A program made the position numbers and the translations under genes. Shown here one piece after another: positions 1-12,054 of a stretch of DNA of 64,000 nt; position 1 is the first letter of the stretch; the number at the start of each line of letters is the position of its first letter. Source of the DNA: an uncultured Nitrospiraceae bacterium. Lineage in GTDB: Bacteria; Nitrospirota; Nitrospiria; Nitrospirales; Nitrospiraceae. The stretch lies in contig CAWKPI010000004.1 of NCBI GenBank assembly GCA_963851455.1, positions 391,425-455,424 of the forward strand, read 5' to 3'. The notes under the pieces were generated by a model. It was given only the letters and a program-made list of their open reading frames with translations, was not told the origin of the DNA and did no database searches.

Positions 1-515
1 TTGCCTCATTGCCTGTGTCGGCGGCGGCAGCAATGCCATGGGACTGTTCTATGCGTTCATGAACGATAAGAAGGTGAAGATGGTCGGCGTCGAAGCCGGC
101 GGCCTGGGGGTGGCGAGCGGAAAGCATGCGGCGCAGTTTCTCAGGGGGAAAGCCAGGCGTCTTGCAAGGCACCATGACCTATCTTGCTCCAGGATGAAGA
201 CGGGCAAATTAATTTGACCCATTCGGTTTCAGCCGGGTTGGATTATGCCGCGGTCGGTCCCGAACACAGTTATTTACGCGGGATCAAGGCAGGGCCGAAT
301 ACACCTCGGTGACCGACGATGAAGCCATGGCTGCGTTCGATTTGCTCGCAAGAGAAGAAGGCATCATGCCGGCCCTCGAAAGCGCCCATGCCATTGCCCA
401 CACCGTGAAGGTGGCGCCGACGATGAAGAAGAATCAAATCCTTGTCGTCAATCTGTCAGGTCGTGGCGACAAAGATGTCCAGCAGGTGGCACGTATGAGA
501 GGGATTACACTGTGA
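1..515 (+). CDS. trpB: Tryptophan synthase beta chain, 3' part (truncated by window edge; indels)
   Basis: [28 protein letters not shown] and [10 protein letters not shown] motifs across frames. Confidence 0.95.
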
Positions 516-1334
516 CATCCCGTATCGACCAGACTTTTGCACACTTCGGCAGACACGGCGACGAGGCTGCCTCATTGCCTATGTGATGGCAGGGGATCCC
601 AATTTGGCGGAGACCGAACAACTTGTCTTGCGTTGGAACAGGCGGGGGCCGACATTATCGAATTGGGTGTCCCGTTTTCCGATCCGATCGCCGATGGTCC
701 GGTGATCCAACAGGCGGCAGAGACGGGCCTTGCGAAGTGGGACATCGCTTCGCAAGATTCTTCCCATGGTCAAGCAGCTCAGAACCAGGACGCAGATTCC
801 AATGGTCTTGATGGCCTACTACAACAATATTCACGCCTTCGGTCCTGAACGGTTCTGCCAGGGAGGCGGTCGCGGCAGGCGTAGATGGCCTGATCGTGCC
901 AGACATGCCGCCGGATGAAGCAGGCCCACTCAAAGGGCCGGCCGCAGCCGCCGGGCTTCAACTGATTTTTCTTCTTGCTCCCACGAGCACGGCAGAACGA
1001 CGGACATTCGTGGCGCGCCAGTCACAGGGTTTCGTCTATTATGTTTCGCTGACCGGGATCACCGGCGCAAAACTCAGCAACCTGGCCGATGTCGGAAAGA
1101 ATGTGGAGAAGATCAGGAAAGTTACCGACGATTCCGGTGGCGGTCGGCTTCGGGGTCGCGACGCCGGAAGATGCGGCAAAGGTCTCAGCCATTGCCGATG
1201 GGGTGATCGTCGGCAGCGCCATCGTCAAGCAGATCGCGGCTGCACAAGACGAACCAGAAATGGTGAAGCGTGTGGCTGAATTTGTTCGCTCATTGAAAAC
1301 TGCGATGGTTCCGCGTCGTCCGCAGAGCGCTTAG
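512..1334 (+). CDS. trpA: Tryptophan synthase alpha chain (split by indels)
   Basis: GTG overlaps trpB stop; [42 protein letters not shown]. Confidence 0.95.
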
Positions 1335-1943
1335 CGGGCGTGATTCGCTTGCGGAGGCATGTAGGCAATCATCTCATTGGCAAGCTCTTTCGCCACATCT
1401 TTTAAATTCGGCCGATAGAACATATAGCTGCTGGACCGTTCATGTCGCGCTTTCCACACGGTGGTGCCGGTGGTGGCATCGACCAGACGGAAGCTCAGTC
1501 CGACTCGACCGACATTATCACCTTCCTTGCGCATATATTCCCAGGAGTTCACCCGAACAACTAGGAACGAATCGACGTTCAACGCTTTCCCCAACTTCAT
1601 CGCGGACTCCTTGTCGGACTGGCCCGTCATTTCCAGCCGTGAAAAGTAGAAGACCAGCGCATCGAATGCTTCTTTCGATGCCTGGAAGATATCCGTCACA
1701 TTTTCAGGAGTCACCACACGCTCAATGCGCGCTGTAGTGCGAGGGCGCCGGAGAGGACGTCTTGAATATCTTCGCGTGCGCTGTCGTATTGGCTTGCCAT
1801 GGGAGGCAGCACGGCGATGGCTTGCGGCCGAAACTTCTTCGCACCTGGTCCTTCCCAGACTTCCTGCAAACCGCCGCAGCCTGCGATGAGCAAGAGGAAG
1901 ACTGCAGAGCACTCGAAGCCAACTGTTGAGGCATCAGAAGCAT
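1331..1943 (-). CDS. Lipoprotein, CsgG/LpoB/DUF799-like fold (indels)
   Basis: Lipobox LIAGC; IAVLPP; KLGKALNVD; LSFRLVDATTGTTVW. Confidence 0.65.
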
Positions 1944-1977
1944 AGGTTCAGTATACCATTAGTGAAAGACGATAGGG

Positions 1978-3096
1978 CTAGAAGGTCAAAGACACTGAGC
2001 CGGATGCCAAAGCTCCCTGCTCACGGAAATCGTACCCGCCACCCACGTCGATACGGAGAGCATAAAACCGTAGGCCTAATCCTGCAGTCGGAGTGAATGG
2101 CGTCTGCGCATCCTTCATATTCTTGAAGGCGCCAACCCGGAACGAGAGAAACTCAGAGAGAATGGTCTGTTCCGCCCCCAAGCTCAAGACCTGACTCTTC
2201 ACTCCTGGGACAAGCGTTTGGTTCGATGTAATATCCACATCCGACGTTAACGTCAGCGAGGAGTAGGGGTTGACCGCCACACCGCCCCGCACTTGAGGCC
2301 CCAGCTTCATCGTGGTCCCGTCGGGCGCATCGAATTCCGGTTGATTGATGTCTTTGGCAACGACACCGAACCGCAGCCAGGACGACGGCCGGTAGATCGC
2401 ACCGACATCAATGCCAAAGGCCGTCGAGATCTTGGCCTTGCCGAAATTATCCAACAGTTTGACGTCCTGTCCACCCCTAACGACTGCGTCCCATTATAGG
2501 CCGCCCCTTGAATCGCTTTGGCCGTGATGCCGATTGAAAATGTCTTGTCGGCAAAGGCATAGGCATAGGAGAAGGCCGCTTGCCTTGCTTCCAGGCCTCT
2601 CAATGCCATGGCGCCAGTAATCGTCGGTTCCAGAGACTTGAACCGGAGTGCTGATGAAACCGCCTCCTGTCGCGACATCAGAGATGTTAAATCCGAATGC
2701 GTGCTCGCCGAAATGTCCTTTCACATACAATCCGGCCGCACCATTGAGAGAGGTGTTGGCTCCTGGCCGATTGAGTCGATTGGCGATGTCCTGAGCTTTG
2801 GCTGCCGCGTCAGGTGCGTTCGGATTAAAATCCTCCAGATCTTTGATCGCATCAGCCACTCCTAACCGGTCGATCCCTTGGCCCCCGCCGACGATCCGAA
2901 TATCGACGGTCTGGGTCATCGCCAGCCCGGCGGGATTCCAATAGGTTGCCAAGGCATCGGTGGTCACAGCCACACCCGCACCACCCATGCCCATCGCACG
3001 TGGTCCAACCATCACGAACTCCACGGCCGACACATGACCGTGAAACAGGGTGATCATAAGGACCGCCGCGATCCGGAAGGCCGTCAAAGCTCGCAT
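1978..3096 (-). CDS. Outer-membrane beta-barrel, TraF-like/FadL-like (indels)
   Basis: Signal peptide; GPRAMGMGGAGVA and YWNPAGL N-terminal motif; amphipathic strands; terminal Phe. Confidence 0.75.
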
Positions 3097-3208
3097 GATC
3101 CACAGACTCCAGTCGAATAAGGACCTGTGTGAGTCTATTGGATGACCTCGCGCCCGTCAAGGATTTCCCAGAGGTCCAAGCGACCGCAGAATAGTCCGAT
3201 TTTCCGAA

Positions 3209-3871
3209 TTAGACGATTTGACCGTCCTGCATGTGCACGATCCGATCAGCCTGGGCAGAAAGCTTGTCGTTGTGCGTCACAATGACAAAGGTGGTTCCTC
3301 GAACCTTGTTCAATTCGCGCATGAGGCTGAAAAGGGCTTCACCGGTATGCGTATCCAGGTTGCCGGTCGGTTCATCGGCCAGCACAAGATCCGGCTTCTG
3401 GAGAAGCGCTCGCGCTACGGCCACGCGCTGTTGTTCGCCACCGGATAATTCACCCGGCTTGTGATGCAGGCGCGCGCCAAGGCCGACCTCTTTCAAAAGT
3501 GCCATGGCCTCGCCTTCCACATCCTTCGGCTGTCGCCGTTGGATCAAGGCCGGCATACAGGCATTCTCCAACGCCGTAAATTCCGGAAGCAGATGGTGGA
3601 ATTGAAATACAAAACCGATGCGTCTATTGCGAAACTCGGCCTGGGATGACTCGGAAAGTTGAAACAGATCCTGTCCTTCAAACTGAACCGTGCCTGCAGT
3701 CGGACGGTCGAGCAACCCGAGGATATGGAGCAGCGTGCTCTTGCCCGCACCGGATGCCCCGACCACCGCAATGAGTTCACCCCGTTGAATCGAAAGATTG
3801 ATCCCCTTAAGCACGGTCAGGGTCTGCTCTCCCATGGGGAAGGATTTGTGAAGATCGGTGACGGTAATCAT
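3209..3871 (-). CDS. lolD: Lipoprotein-releasing ABC transporter ATPase
   Basis: GASGAGKS, GFVFQFHHLL, LSGGEQQR, LADEPTGNLD; next to lolE/C. Confidence 0.93.
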   Translation of the reverse strand: MITVTDLHKSFPMGEQTLTVLKGINLSIQRGELIAVVGASGAGKSTLLHILGLLDRPTAGTVQFEGQDLFQLSESSQAEFRNRRIGFVFQFHHLLPEFTALENACMPALIQRRQPKDVEGEAMALLKEVGLGARLHHKPGELSGGEQQRVAVARALLQKPDLVLADEPTGNLDTHTGEALFSLMRELNKVRGTTFVIVTHNDKLSAQADRIVHMQDGQIV

Positions 3872-3916
3872 GCTGGAGCCATGAGGAACGAGGACCGCTG
3901 GCTGAGTCCCTTTCGC

Positions 3917-5194
3917 CTATTCATATCGTAATGCGGCGACTGGTTCGAGCTTGGCTGCCTGCAGCGAAGGATAGACCGTCGCGGCAAAGCTAATAAGGAT
4001 GGCGGAACCGGCGACCAGCAGGACATCTTCAGCCAGCACGTGCACAGGAATTTTAGAGATGTAATAGACCGTCGGATCGAAGGTCCAAAACGTTTCAATC
4101 AGCCACAGGAATGCATAGCCCAATGGTATGCCGATGGCCGTGCCGGAAAGTCCGATGATCAATCCATTGAGCATGAAGATCCGACGGATACTCTTTCTGG
4201 TTGCGCCCATGGCCTTGAGAATCGCGATTTCTTTCTGTTTTTCCGAGACGATCATCGTGAGGGTGCTGACGATATTGAAGGAGGCGACGATCGTGATGAG
4301 TACGAGCAGAAGGAACATCATCGTCTTTTCCAGCTTCAAGGCGGAGAACAGATTCCGATTCATCTGCATCCAGTCTCTCGCTCCATAGGAAAAGCCGAGC
4401 GATTGTTCGACCCGTCGGGCAATGTCGTTGGCGTGAAAGACGTCGGTGACTTTCAATTCAATGCCGGTGACCGTGTCTCCAAGGTTGAAAAATTTCTGCG
4501 CCTCGGCGAGATCGATATACGCCAGGGACGAGTCGTATTCGTACATGCCGGATTGGAAAATTCCGGCCACGGCGAAGGTCCTGATCTTGGGCACCATGCC
4601 CATCGCGCTGATCGTCCCTGTGGGAGAAACCACGCTGACCGTATCGCCCACAAAGGCACCGAGTCGCAGTGCCAATTCCTTACCGAGAATGATCCCTGGC
4701 TTTTCCGAGGGCTGCCGCGGGCCGTTCGGATTATCGACCGGGGGCATATTCACATTGAATCGGCTTGCCCAGGTCTTCCAGGCGTCCGGAGACAAGATTC
4801 TTGCCCAATTCCGTGACATTCCCTTCCCGCTGTGGATCGATGCCGCGCAACACGACTCCCTGAGCGCTGCTTTGGGTCGTCAGCATTACCTGCTTGAGGA
4901 TAAATGGCGTGGCCGCCACGACGTCGGGAACTGTCTCGACCTTCTTGGCCGTCTCGTCGTAGTCGCTCATGCCGTCTTTCATGCGATCCTGGACAATGAT
5001 ATGGGCTGTTGTTCCCAGGATCTTGGCCTGGATGTCTTCTTTGAAGCCGGTCATGATGCCGACCGTCCCGATCAGGGCGGCGACGCCAAGCGTGATGCCG
5101 GCAACGGAGACGAACGTATTCAACGAGATCGTCCGATTACGGCGCTTGGCGCGCAGATAGCGGAGACCGACAAAGATTTCGTAGGGAGGGCCAC
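3917..5194 (-). CDS. lolE: Lipoprotein-releasing ABC permease LolC/E (indel near 4790)
   Basis: GITLGVAALI...MTGF, EKTMMF, VASFNIVSTL, EIAILKAMGA, C-terminal ALRYE. Confidence 0.9.
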
Positions 5195-5200
5195 GGGCGT

Positions 5201-6686
<1,486 letters not shown>

Positions 6687-6702
6687 GATTGGAACTGTCC
6701 GC

Positions 6703-7846
6703 TTACTCGTCGCTCGGACGTCGGCCTTGGACGGGTGCCAGCAAGGCACCCGTGAGCTTCTTTTTCAAATACGCCTCGATGAACCCGTCCACATCGCCGT
6801 CCATGACGGCTGCGACCTGTCCCACTTCGTAGCCGGTCCGGTGATCCTTGACCATCTGATAGGGCTGGAACACATAGGAGCGGATCTGGCTGCCCCAGGC
6901 GATATCCTTCTTCTCCCCGACGATGGCATTGAACTCCGCCTCTTTCTTCTTCTGTTCCACCTCATAGAGCCGCGCCTTTAAAATTTTCATCGCGCCATTG
7001 CGATTTTGCAGCTGCGACCGTTCGTTCTGGCATTGCACGACGATGCCCGTCGGTAGATGTGTAATGCGGATCGCCGTTTCTACCTTATTCACATTTTGGC
7101 CGCCGGCGCCGCCGGCCCGGAACGTGTCGATCTTCAACTCCTTGTCCTCGATGATCAGTTCAATGTCTTCGTTCAATTCCGGATAGACGAAGACCGAAGC
7201 AAACGACGTATGCCGCCGCTTGTTGGAATCGAACGGGGAGATGCGCACCAACCGATGCACGCCGGCTTCCGCCTTGAGATATCCATAGGCATAGGGTCCA
7301 GCAATTGACACCGTCACGCTCTTGATACCCGCTTCATCGCCAGCCTGGAGATCCAGTGTCTCCACCTTGAACTTCTTACTCTCGGCCCACCGCACATACA
7401 TGCGCAGCAACATCTGCGCCCAGTCCTGCGATTCCGTCCCTCCCGCACCCGGATGAATGGCGAGAATGGCATTGTTCTGGTCGAGTTCTCCCGAGAATAA
7501 ATGCTCGACGCGGAGCGCTGCCAAGAGCGGCTCGAATTGATCCAGCTCCGCCGCGAGTTCTTCTCGAGACCGGCATCGCCGCTTTCCTGGGCCAGGTCCA
7601 GGAGAGTGCGTCACGTCGCTCAGCTTGGCTTCGATATCGTGCCATTGCTGGAGTTCGCGCTCCAGCTTCACTTTCTTGCGGCTGACGCCGGCCGCGACGC
7701 GCGCGTCGTTCCAAAAATCCGGCTGTCCCATCTTGGCTTCGAGTTCTTGAAGGTCAGCGGTCATGCGGGCGAGGTCAAAGATGCCCCCGGAGTTCCGACA
7801 CTTGCTCACCAACGGTGCGCACACGAAGACGAATCTCATCCAGCAT
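6703..7846 (-). CDS. prfB: Peptide chain release factor 2 with programmed +1 frameshift
   Basis: SPF and GGQ motifs; N-terminal frame MLDEIR...RGHL ends at CTT TGA C. Confidence 0.96.
7774..7789 (-). promoter_or_regulatory. prfB frameshift cassette CGGGGG-CAT-CTTTGAC
   Basis: Matches the canonical internal SD plus CUU UGA C signal. Confidence 0.92.
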
Positions 7847-7863
7847 GGAACGATCCTTTCCCT

Positions 7864-9482
7864 TTAGACGGGAGTGGCCGCGATAGCGTCCGGTTCGGCC
7901 CCCTTGGTACCAAACAGGCCGTATAGACAGAGCAGCAGGGAGATTATCATACAGCCGTAGGCAAAGACATCTCCGTATCGGCTGTAAAACGTCTGCTGCT
8001 GCCGAACCGTGATGGTCGCTTGCAACGGCGGTCTGCATAAAAATCGGGGAGGCCTTGATGATGCGTCCGAACGGATCGATGAATCCGGAGATGCCGGTAT
8101 TGGCAGCCCGTGCAAATGCCAGGTGATTTTCCACCGAGCGAAACACCACCATCGAAAAATGCTGCGCCGGAGCAGACGAGTCGCCGAACCAGGCATCGTT
8201 GGTAATCGTGACAAGAAATTCGGCGCCGGCGGCCGCCATATGTCTGCACGAGATCGGGAAAAATCACTTCATAACAGATCAGCACGCCGAACTTGACGGG
8301 ACGCTGGGGCATGGACTCGTCTGACATTTTGGGCTGAATGGAGAGTATTGTGGGACCTGGCCCGGCCTGAAAATCGCCGATTCCCTCTACCAATTTATCG
8401 AGAAAAAACAGGGCAGAGGATTTTAAGGGAATGTATTCGCCGAACGGGACAAGGTGCTGCTTGTCATAGCGTCCCAACAGACTGCCCTCCGGAGACAGCA
8501 GATAGGCGCTGTTGAGCAAATACGGCTTGCGGTCGGCGTCGAAACGGACGGCCGGGCTGCCGAACAGCAGTGGCGCCGATGCCCGAGTCGCCATGGCGAC
8601 CAGTTGAAGTTGATAGAGCGGTTCCCGTTCATATACAAACGGCGTTGCCGCTTCCGGCCAAATGATGAGATCGGTTCCATACCCAAACGATTCCGTGAGA
8701 TGGTCATAACGTCGGAGCGTTTCCTCGCGAAAGCCCTGATCCCATTTAACCGCCTGATCGATGTTCGGTTGAACCACACCCACCTGGATCGTGGCTTTAG
8801 GACGTTCGCTCTCTTCACTCACAATGACTGATGTACTATAGGCCCACGAGAGGCCGATCAGCATCGCCGACGTGGTCACCAACTCCCAAGGAAGTCTCGC
8901 CGGCCGAAACCCTCGGAAAAGCGGCATCAGCCACAAATAGAGTTCCGCAAGCGCGACATTGGTTAGCACGATCAGAAACGAGACGCCGTAGACGCCCAAG
9001 TGATCTGCAACCTGAATGAGATCGAGTTGCCGATATTGCGAATAGCCAAAAAGGGACCAGGGAAGTCCGCTCAATAGATAGGTGCGGAGCAATTCTAACG
9101 TCACCCACAGACAGGGCGCCGCGAAAAGTCCATATCGCGGCACGAGCATCCGAAACCACACCACACCGGCGCTGTACACCGCCACAAACAATCCAAGGTA
9201 GGCAGTCAGGAGCAACATGATTCCATAGCTGATGAGCAGCGGCACCTTGCCATAGGTATGCATGGCCGTGACGACCCATGACATGATTCCGGTAAAACCG
9301 ATCATCCCGGAAAGCCAACCAAGCCAAAATGCCTGCGTGCGGCGACTGCTGTCTAATGCGATGTGGAGAGGAATGAGCGCGACCCAAGCGAGCAAGCCGA
9401 CATCGAATTTCGGAAAGCACAGGGGAAGGAAAATCCCGGTTGTGGCAGCAAGCAGAATGTGGCGGAGGGGCCACTGACTCAT
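7864..9482 (-). CDS. lnt: Apolipoprotein N-acyltransferase (indels near 8240 and 8030)
   Basis: QPNI, WPE, YDKQHLVPFGEY, ICYE, TNDAWFG, RAANTGIS. Confidence 0.95.
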
Positions 9483-9555
9483 CGCGCTAACTTAGCGGAA
9501 GGAGAAGACCGATGCAACCAATGCTTCGGAAAAGAGGAGGTGAGAACCGCCGGTG

Positions 9556-9897
9556 CTAGTGCGTCAAGATCGAAATCGGTCCCTGTTGCCGCTGAAAATC
9601 TTCGTCGCTCAGTTCGCCAATGGTCCCGCAATCCGCTTCGTCCAATTCCACTCCGAAATGCGAATCGCCGACCCAGCGCACCGTCGCTTTCTTGATCATG
9701 AGCGCATTCTTAGCCGAAGGAATCAGCAGCACCATGAGTTCCATGCCGACCTTGACCAGATGGGTGCCGCGCACACAGCCTCCATGATTGGTCAAGTTCT
9801 CCGTCATTCCGCTCGCATGGAAAGCACCATCTGAATAATACACTGCGCAGGAGATGGGGGTTCGGATATCACGCCGCTTGTTCGCCTGAGACTTCAT
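9556..9897 (-). CDS. PilZ-domain protein
   Basis: RRDIR (RxxxR) and NLTNHG motif; VRWV...FGVEL. Confidence 0.8.
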   Translation of the reverse strand: MKSQANKRRDIRTPISCAVYYSDGAFHASGMTENLTNHGGCVRGTHLVKVGMELMVLLIPSAKNALMIKKATVRWVGDSHFGVELDEADCGTIGELSDEDFQRQQGPISILTH

Positions 9898-9909
9898 GGT
9901 CGTCCTACT

Positions 9910-9938
9910 CCTCACTCACATCACCTCACTCACATCAC
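9910..9938. repeat. Tandem 14-bp repeat CCTCACTCACATCA x2
   Basis: Exact duplication just upstream of the PilZ start. Confidence 0.85.
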
Positions 9939-10163
9939 ATGGGTGCTGAACGCGCCGGTACAACCTTATCCTCACTGCATCAGTGAGTAAACGGTACAAG
10001 AACAGCTGAATAAGAAGCTACTGGACAATGGTAGGGGAGTCCAATGCCTCAAGGATTTTCCCTAGTCCAGATTTGAGGAAGTATTCCGAAAGTAATCACG
10101 CGAAGAACGTAATCGAGAACGATCATTTTCTAGTGCCTGAAACGGTATCCATGTGGACTGAAT

Positions 10164-10176
10164 AATCAAATACTTA
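10164..10176 (+). promoter_or_regulatory. IHF-like site AATCAAATACTTA
   Basis: Matches WATCAANNNNTTR in a divergent intergenic region. Confidence 0.4.
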
Positions 10177-10422
10177 GATAGTCACATCCTCACCCTTCCA
10201 ATGGCCTATCAATGATCCTGGATATCATAGAGTCCAATCTCGAAAGTGATGTGAAAGCGATGACACAAAGACGAGGAGCCCGATCCATCTTTCGAGGGGG
10301 CAATGAAAAATCAATCAAGATTAGTGATTTATTTTAAGGGAACAGGTATTCTTCCGCTGCATGAGATTCGGACAGACTTCCCAGTTTCTATAGAAGCAAT
10401 TGGGAACAGAAGACGAGGAGCG

Positions 10423-11088
10423 ATGACGAGCAAATCTGTAGTATGGCTGAGCTGTTTCACAATGCTGACGGCCAGCGGGTGTGTCATGAAGAGCACGTAT
10501 GACGCCGTCGTGCAAGAAGGGGAGACCACGAAAGCGGAGTTAGATCGTGCCCGCGAGGAACAGAAACTATTTGCCCGTCAGGTGAGCCAGATCGAACACT
10601 TGAATGCAGAAGCCATGCAGGACGCGGAGGCTACGACCGCGGCAGTGCAGCAGGCCAAGGATGATACCGAGCGACAACGGCAGCTGATCGAAGACCAGAT
10701 CGCCCGTCTCCAAAAGAAGGTGACGCAATTAACCAAACAGCACGGCGCGGTTCAATACGAATTAACCGTTGCAAAAGAAAATACCTCTGCCCTGCAGGAA
10801 CTCGTTGAAGTGTATCAGAGGAAAGTCCGGGACGGAGCTGTCGCCGGGCTCGCGTCAACCCCTTCGTTAGAAGCTTCGGCACCGAAGCCGTTTGACCCAG
10901 CCACAATTCCCACGCCGCAGGACCTTCCGCCTCCAAACCCTTCAGTCGAGCCCTCCAAAGCCGCAGCAATACCAGCCCCCGGGACCCCACCGGTTTCGCA
11001 AAAGCCGGGTGCCGAGCCTAAAGACTCCGGCTGGTTTTCCGGCGTCAAGGAGTGGATCATTTCCCTCTGGCGTTCGGTTTTTTCATAG
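10423..11088 (+). CDS. Coiled-coil lipoprotein with Pro-rich linker and C-terminal amphipathic helix
   Basis: GAGGAG RBS; lipobox ASGC; heptad-like region; GWFSGVKEWIISLWRSVFS tail. Confidence 0.75.
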   Translation: MTSKSVVWLSCFTMLTASGCVMKSTYDAVVQEGETTKAELDRAREEQKLFARQVSQIEHLNAEAMQDAEATTAAVQQAKDDTERQRQLIEDQIARLQKKVTQLTKQHGAVQYELTVAKENTSALQELVEVYQRKVRDGAVAGLASTPSLEASAPKPFDPATIPTPQDLPPPNPSVEPSKAAAIPAPGTPPVSQKPGAEPKDSGWFSGVKEWIISLWRSVFS

Positions 11089-11588
11089 CGGCACACCGAC
11101 TTCGGCTCTATAAGAGCTCCTGACTGTCGAATTCATGAATTTTCCGCCCGGCCTTATAGATTGAACTTAAGAGTGGGGTGACCCTTCACCGCACGCGCCA
11201 CATTGGAAGTAGTAACCGGCGAGCATCCTCACATCGGAATTTTCCTAGATCCCTTTGCGGAACACGAATATCTTGGCTCGACAGTCAATTCTTGCCTCAC
11301 TGATTGCCCGTCGTATCACAAACCGCTCTTGGGGCTTACCAAACCTGCGTGGATCCCTGCGAAACTCAAAGCCTGTGGATATTAATTGTATGCTATGCCT
11401 TTAAAGTCCGCTTCCATAGCGGCGATGCAACAAAGTCAAGCTTTGGCCCAAGAACGTGGAGCAATTGATGCCTAATTTGACGTTCCACTATTAGTGGGGC
11501 TTTTCCCGATGACACGTCAATGCCTAAAAATTAGGCAGATTGCAGGGCGAGCGCGTCCATTCATTGCGTCGCAGGCACCAAGGGGAAC

Positions 11589-11609
11589 TTGTTCACAGAG
11601 TTATCCACA
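11589..11609 (+). promoter_or_regulatory. Tandem DnaA boxes TTGTTCACA and TTATCCACA
   Basis: Perfect box at 11601-11609, 1-mismatch box at 11589-11597; another (TGTGGATAT) at 11374-11382. Confidence 0.55.
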
Positions 11610-11749
11610 GAAAGTGGGGATCGGGAATTTCCATGCCAAGGTTTATTTTTTTGACACGGATGAATCGCCCATGCCTGACAATTTTGGGAGGCTTGCGGGT
11701 GAACTCCTACAAAGTGAACAAAGACAACGAATTAAAGATATTAGTTTAC

Positions 11750-11778
11750 TTGACGGACATGCGCACGAGGCCTATCGT
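11750..11778 (+). promoter_or_regulatory. Sigma70 promoter of 6S RNA
   Basis: TTGACG-17 bp-TATCGT; predicted +1 near 11785 coincides with the RNA closing stem. Confidence 0.7.
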
Positions 11779-11784
11779 ATTTTT

Positions 11785-11937
11785 GTGGGAGGAGTTAACG
11801 CCCCGAGGGAATATGGTTCATCAGGGGATCGAGCGCTGAGGATGGTGTGCAGGACCAGCTTGTACTGGGAAGCCTAAAGTCCTCCCGAGATCTCCGCCGT
11901 ACCTAATCGTCCTCGGTTAGGTGCGTGCTCCTCCCAC
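11785..11937 (+). ncRNA. ssrS: 6S RNA
   Basis: Rod fold: GTGGGAGGAG/CTCCTCCCAC closing stem, central bubble, GGGGATC/GATCTCC, GAGGAT/GTCCTC; apical GGTGTGCAGG...GGAAGCCTAAA resembles E. coli GGTGAGCATG...GAAGCCTTAAA. Confidence 0.85.
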
Positions 11938-12054
11938 TCTAAACAATCCGCTTGCTTGCCATTCCATTCAACCCTACGCACCGTCAAATGATTCACTTGA
12001 TTAGCTGTCAAACGAGCCTGCTTCGAAATCGACTATTTGCGTGCACTCAGCACC

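Noticed and set aside
1978-3096. Conjugative element suggested by TraF-like similarity
   Set aside because: No relaxase, T4SS or integrase nearby; housekeeping context.
11845-11876. SRP RNA (CAGG...GGAAGC resemblance)
   Set aside because: No GNRA tetraloop or AGCAG loop; length, central bubble and apical sequence fit 6S better.
11494-11877. ORFs of 127 and 99 aa
   Set aside because: They overlap DnaA boxes, the promoter and the 6S RNA, and do not look like proteins.
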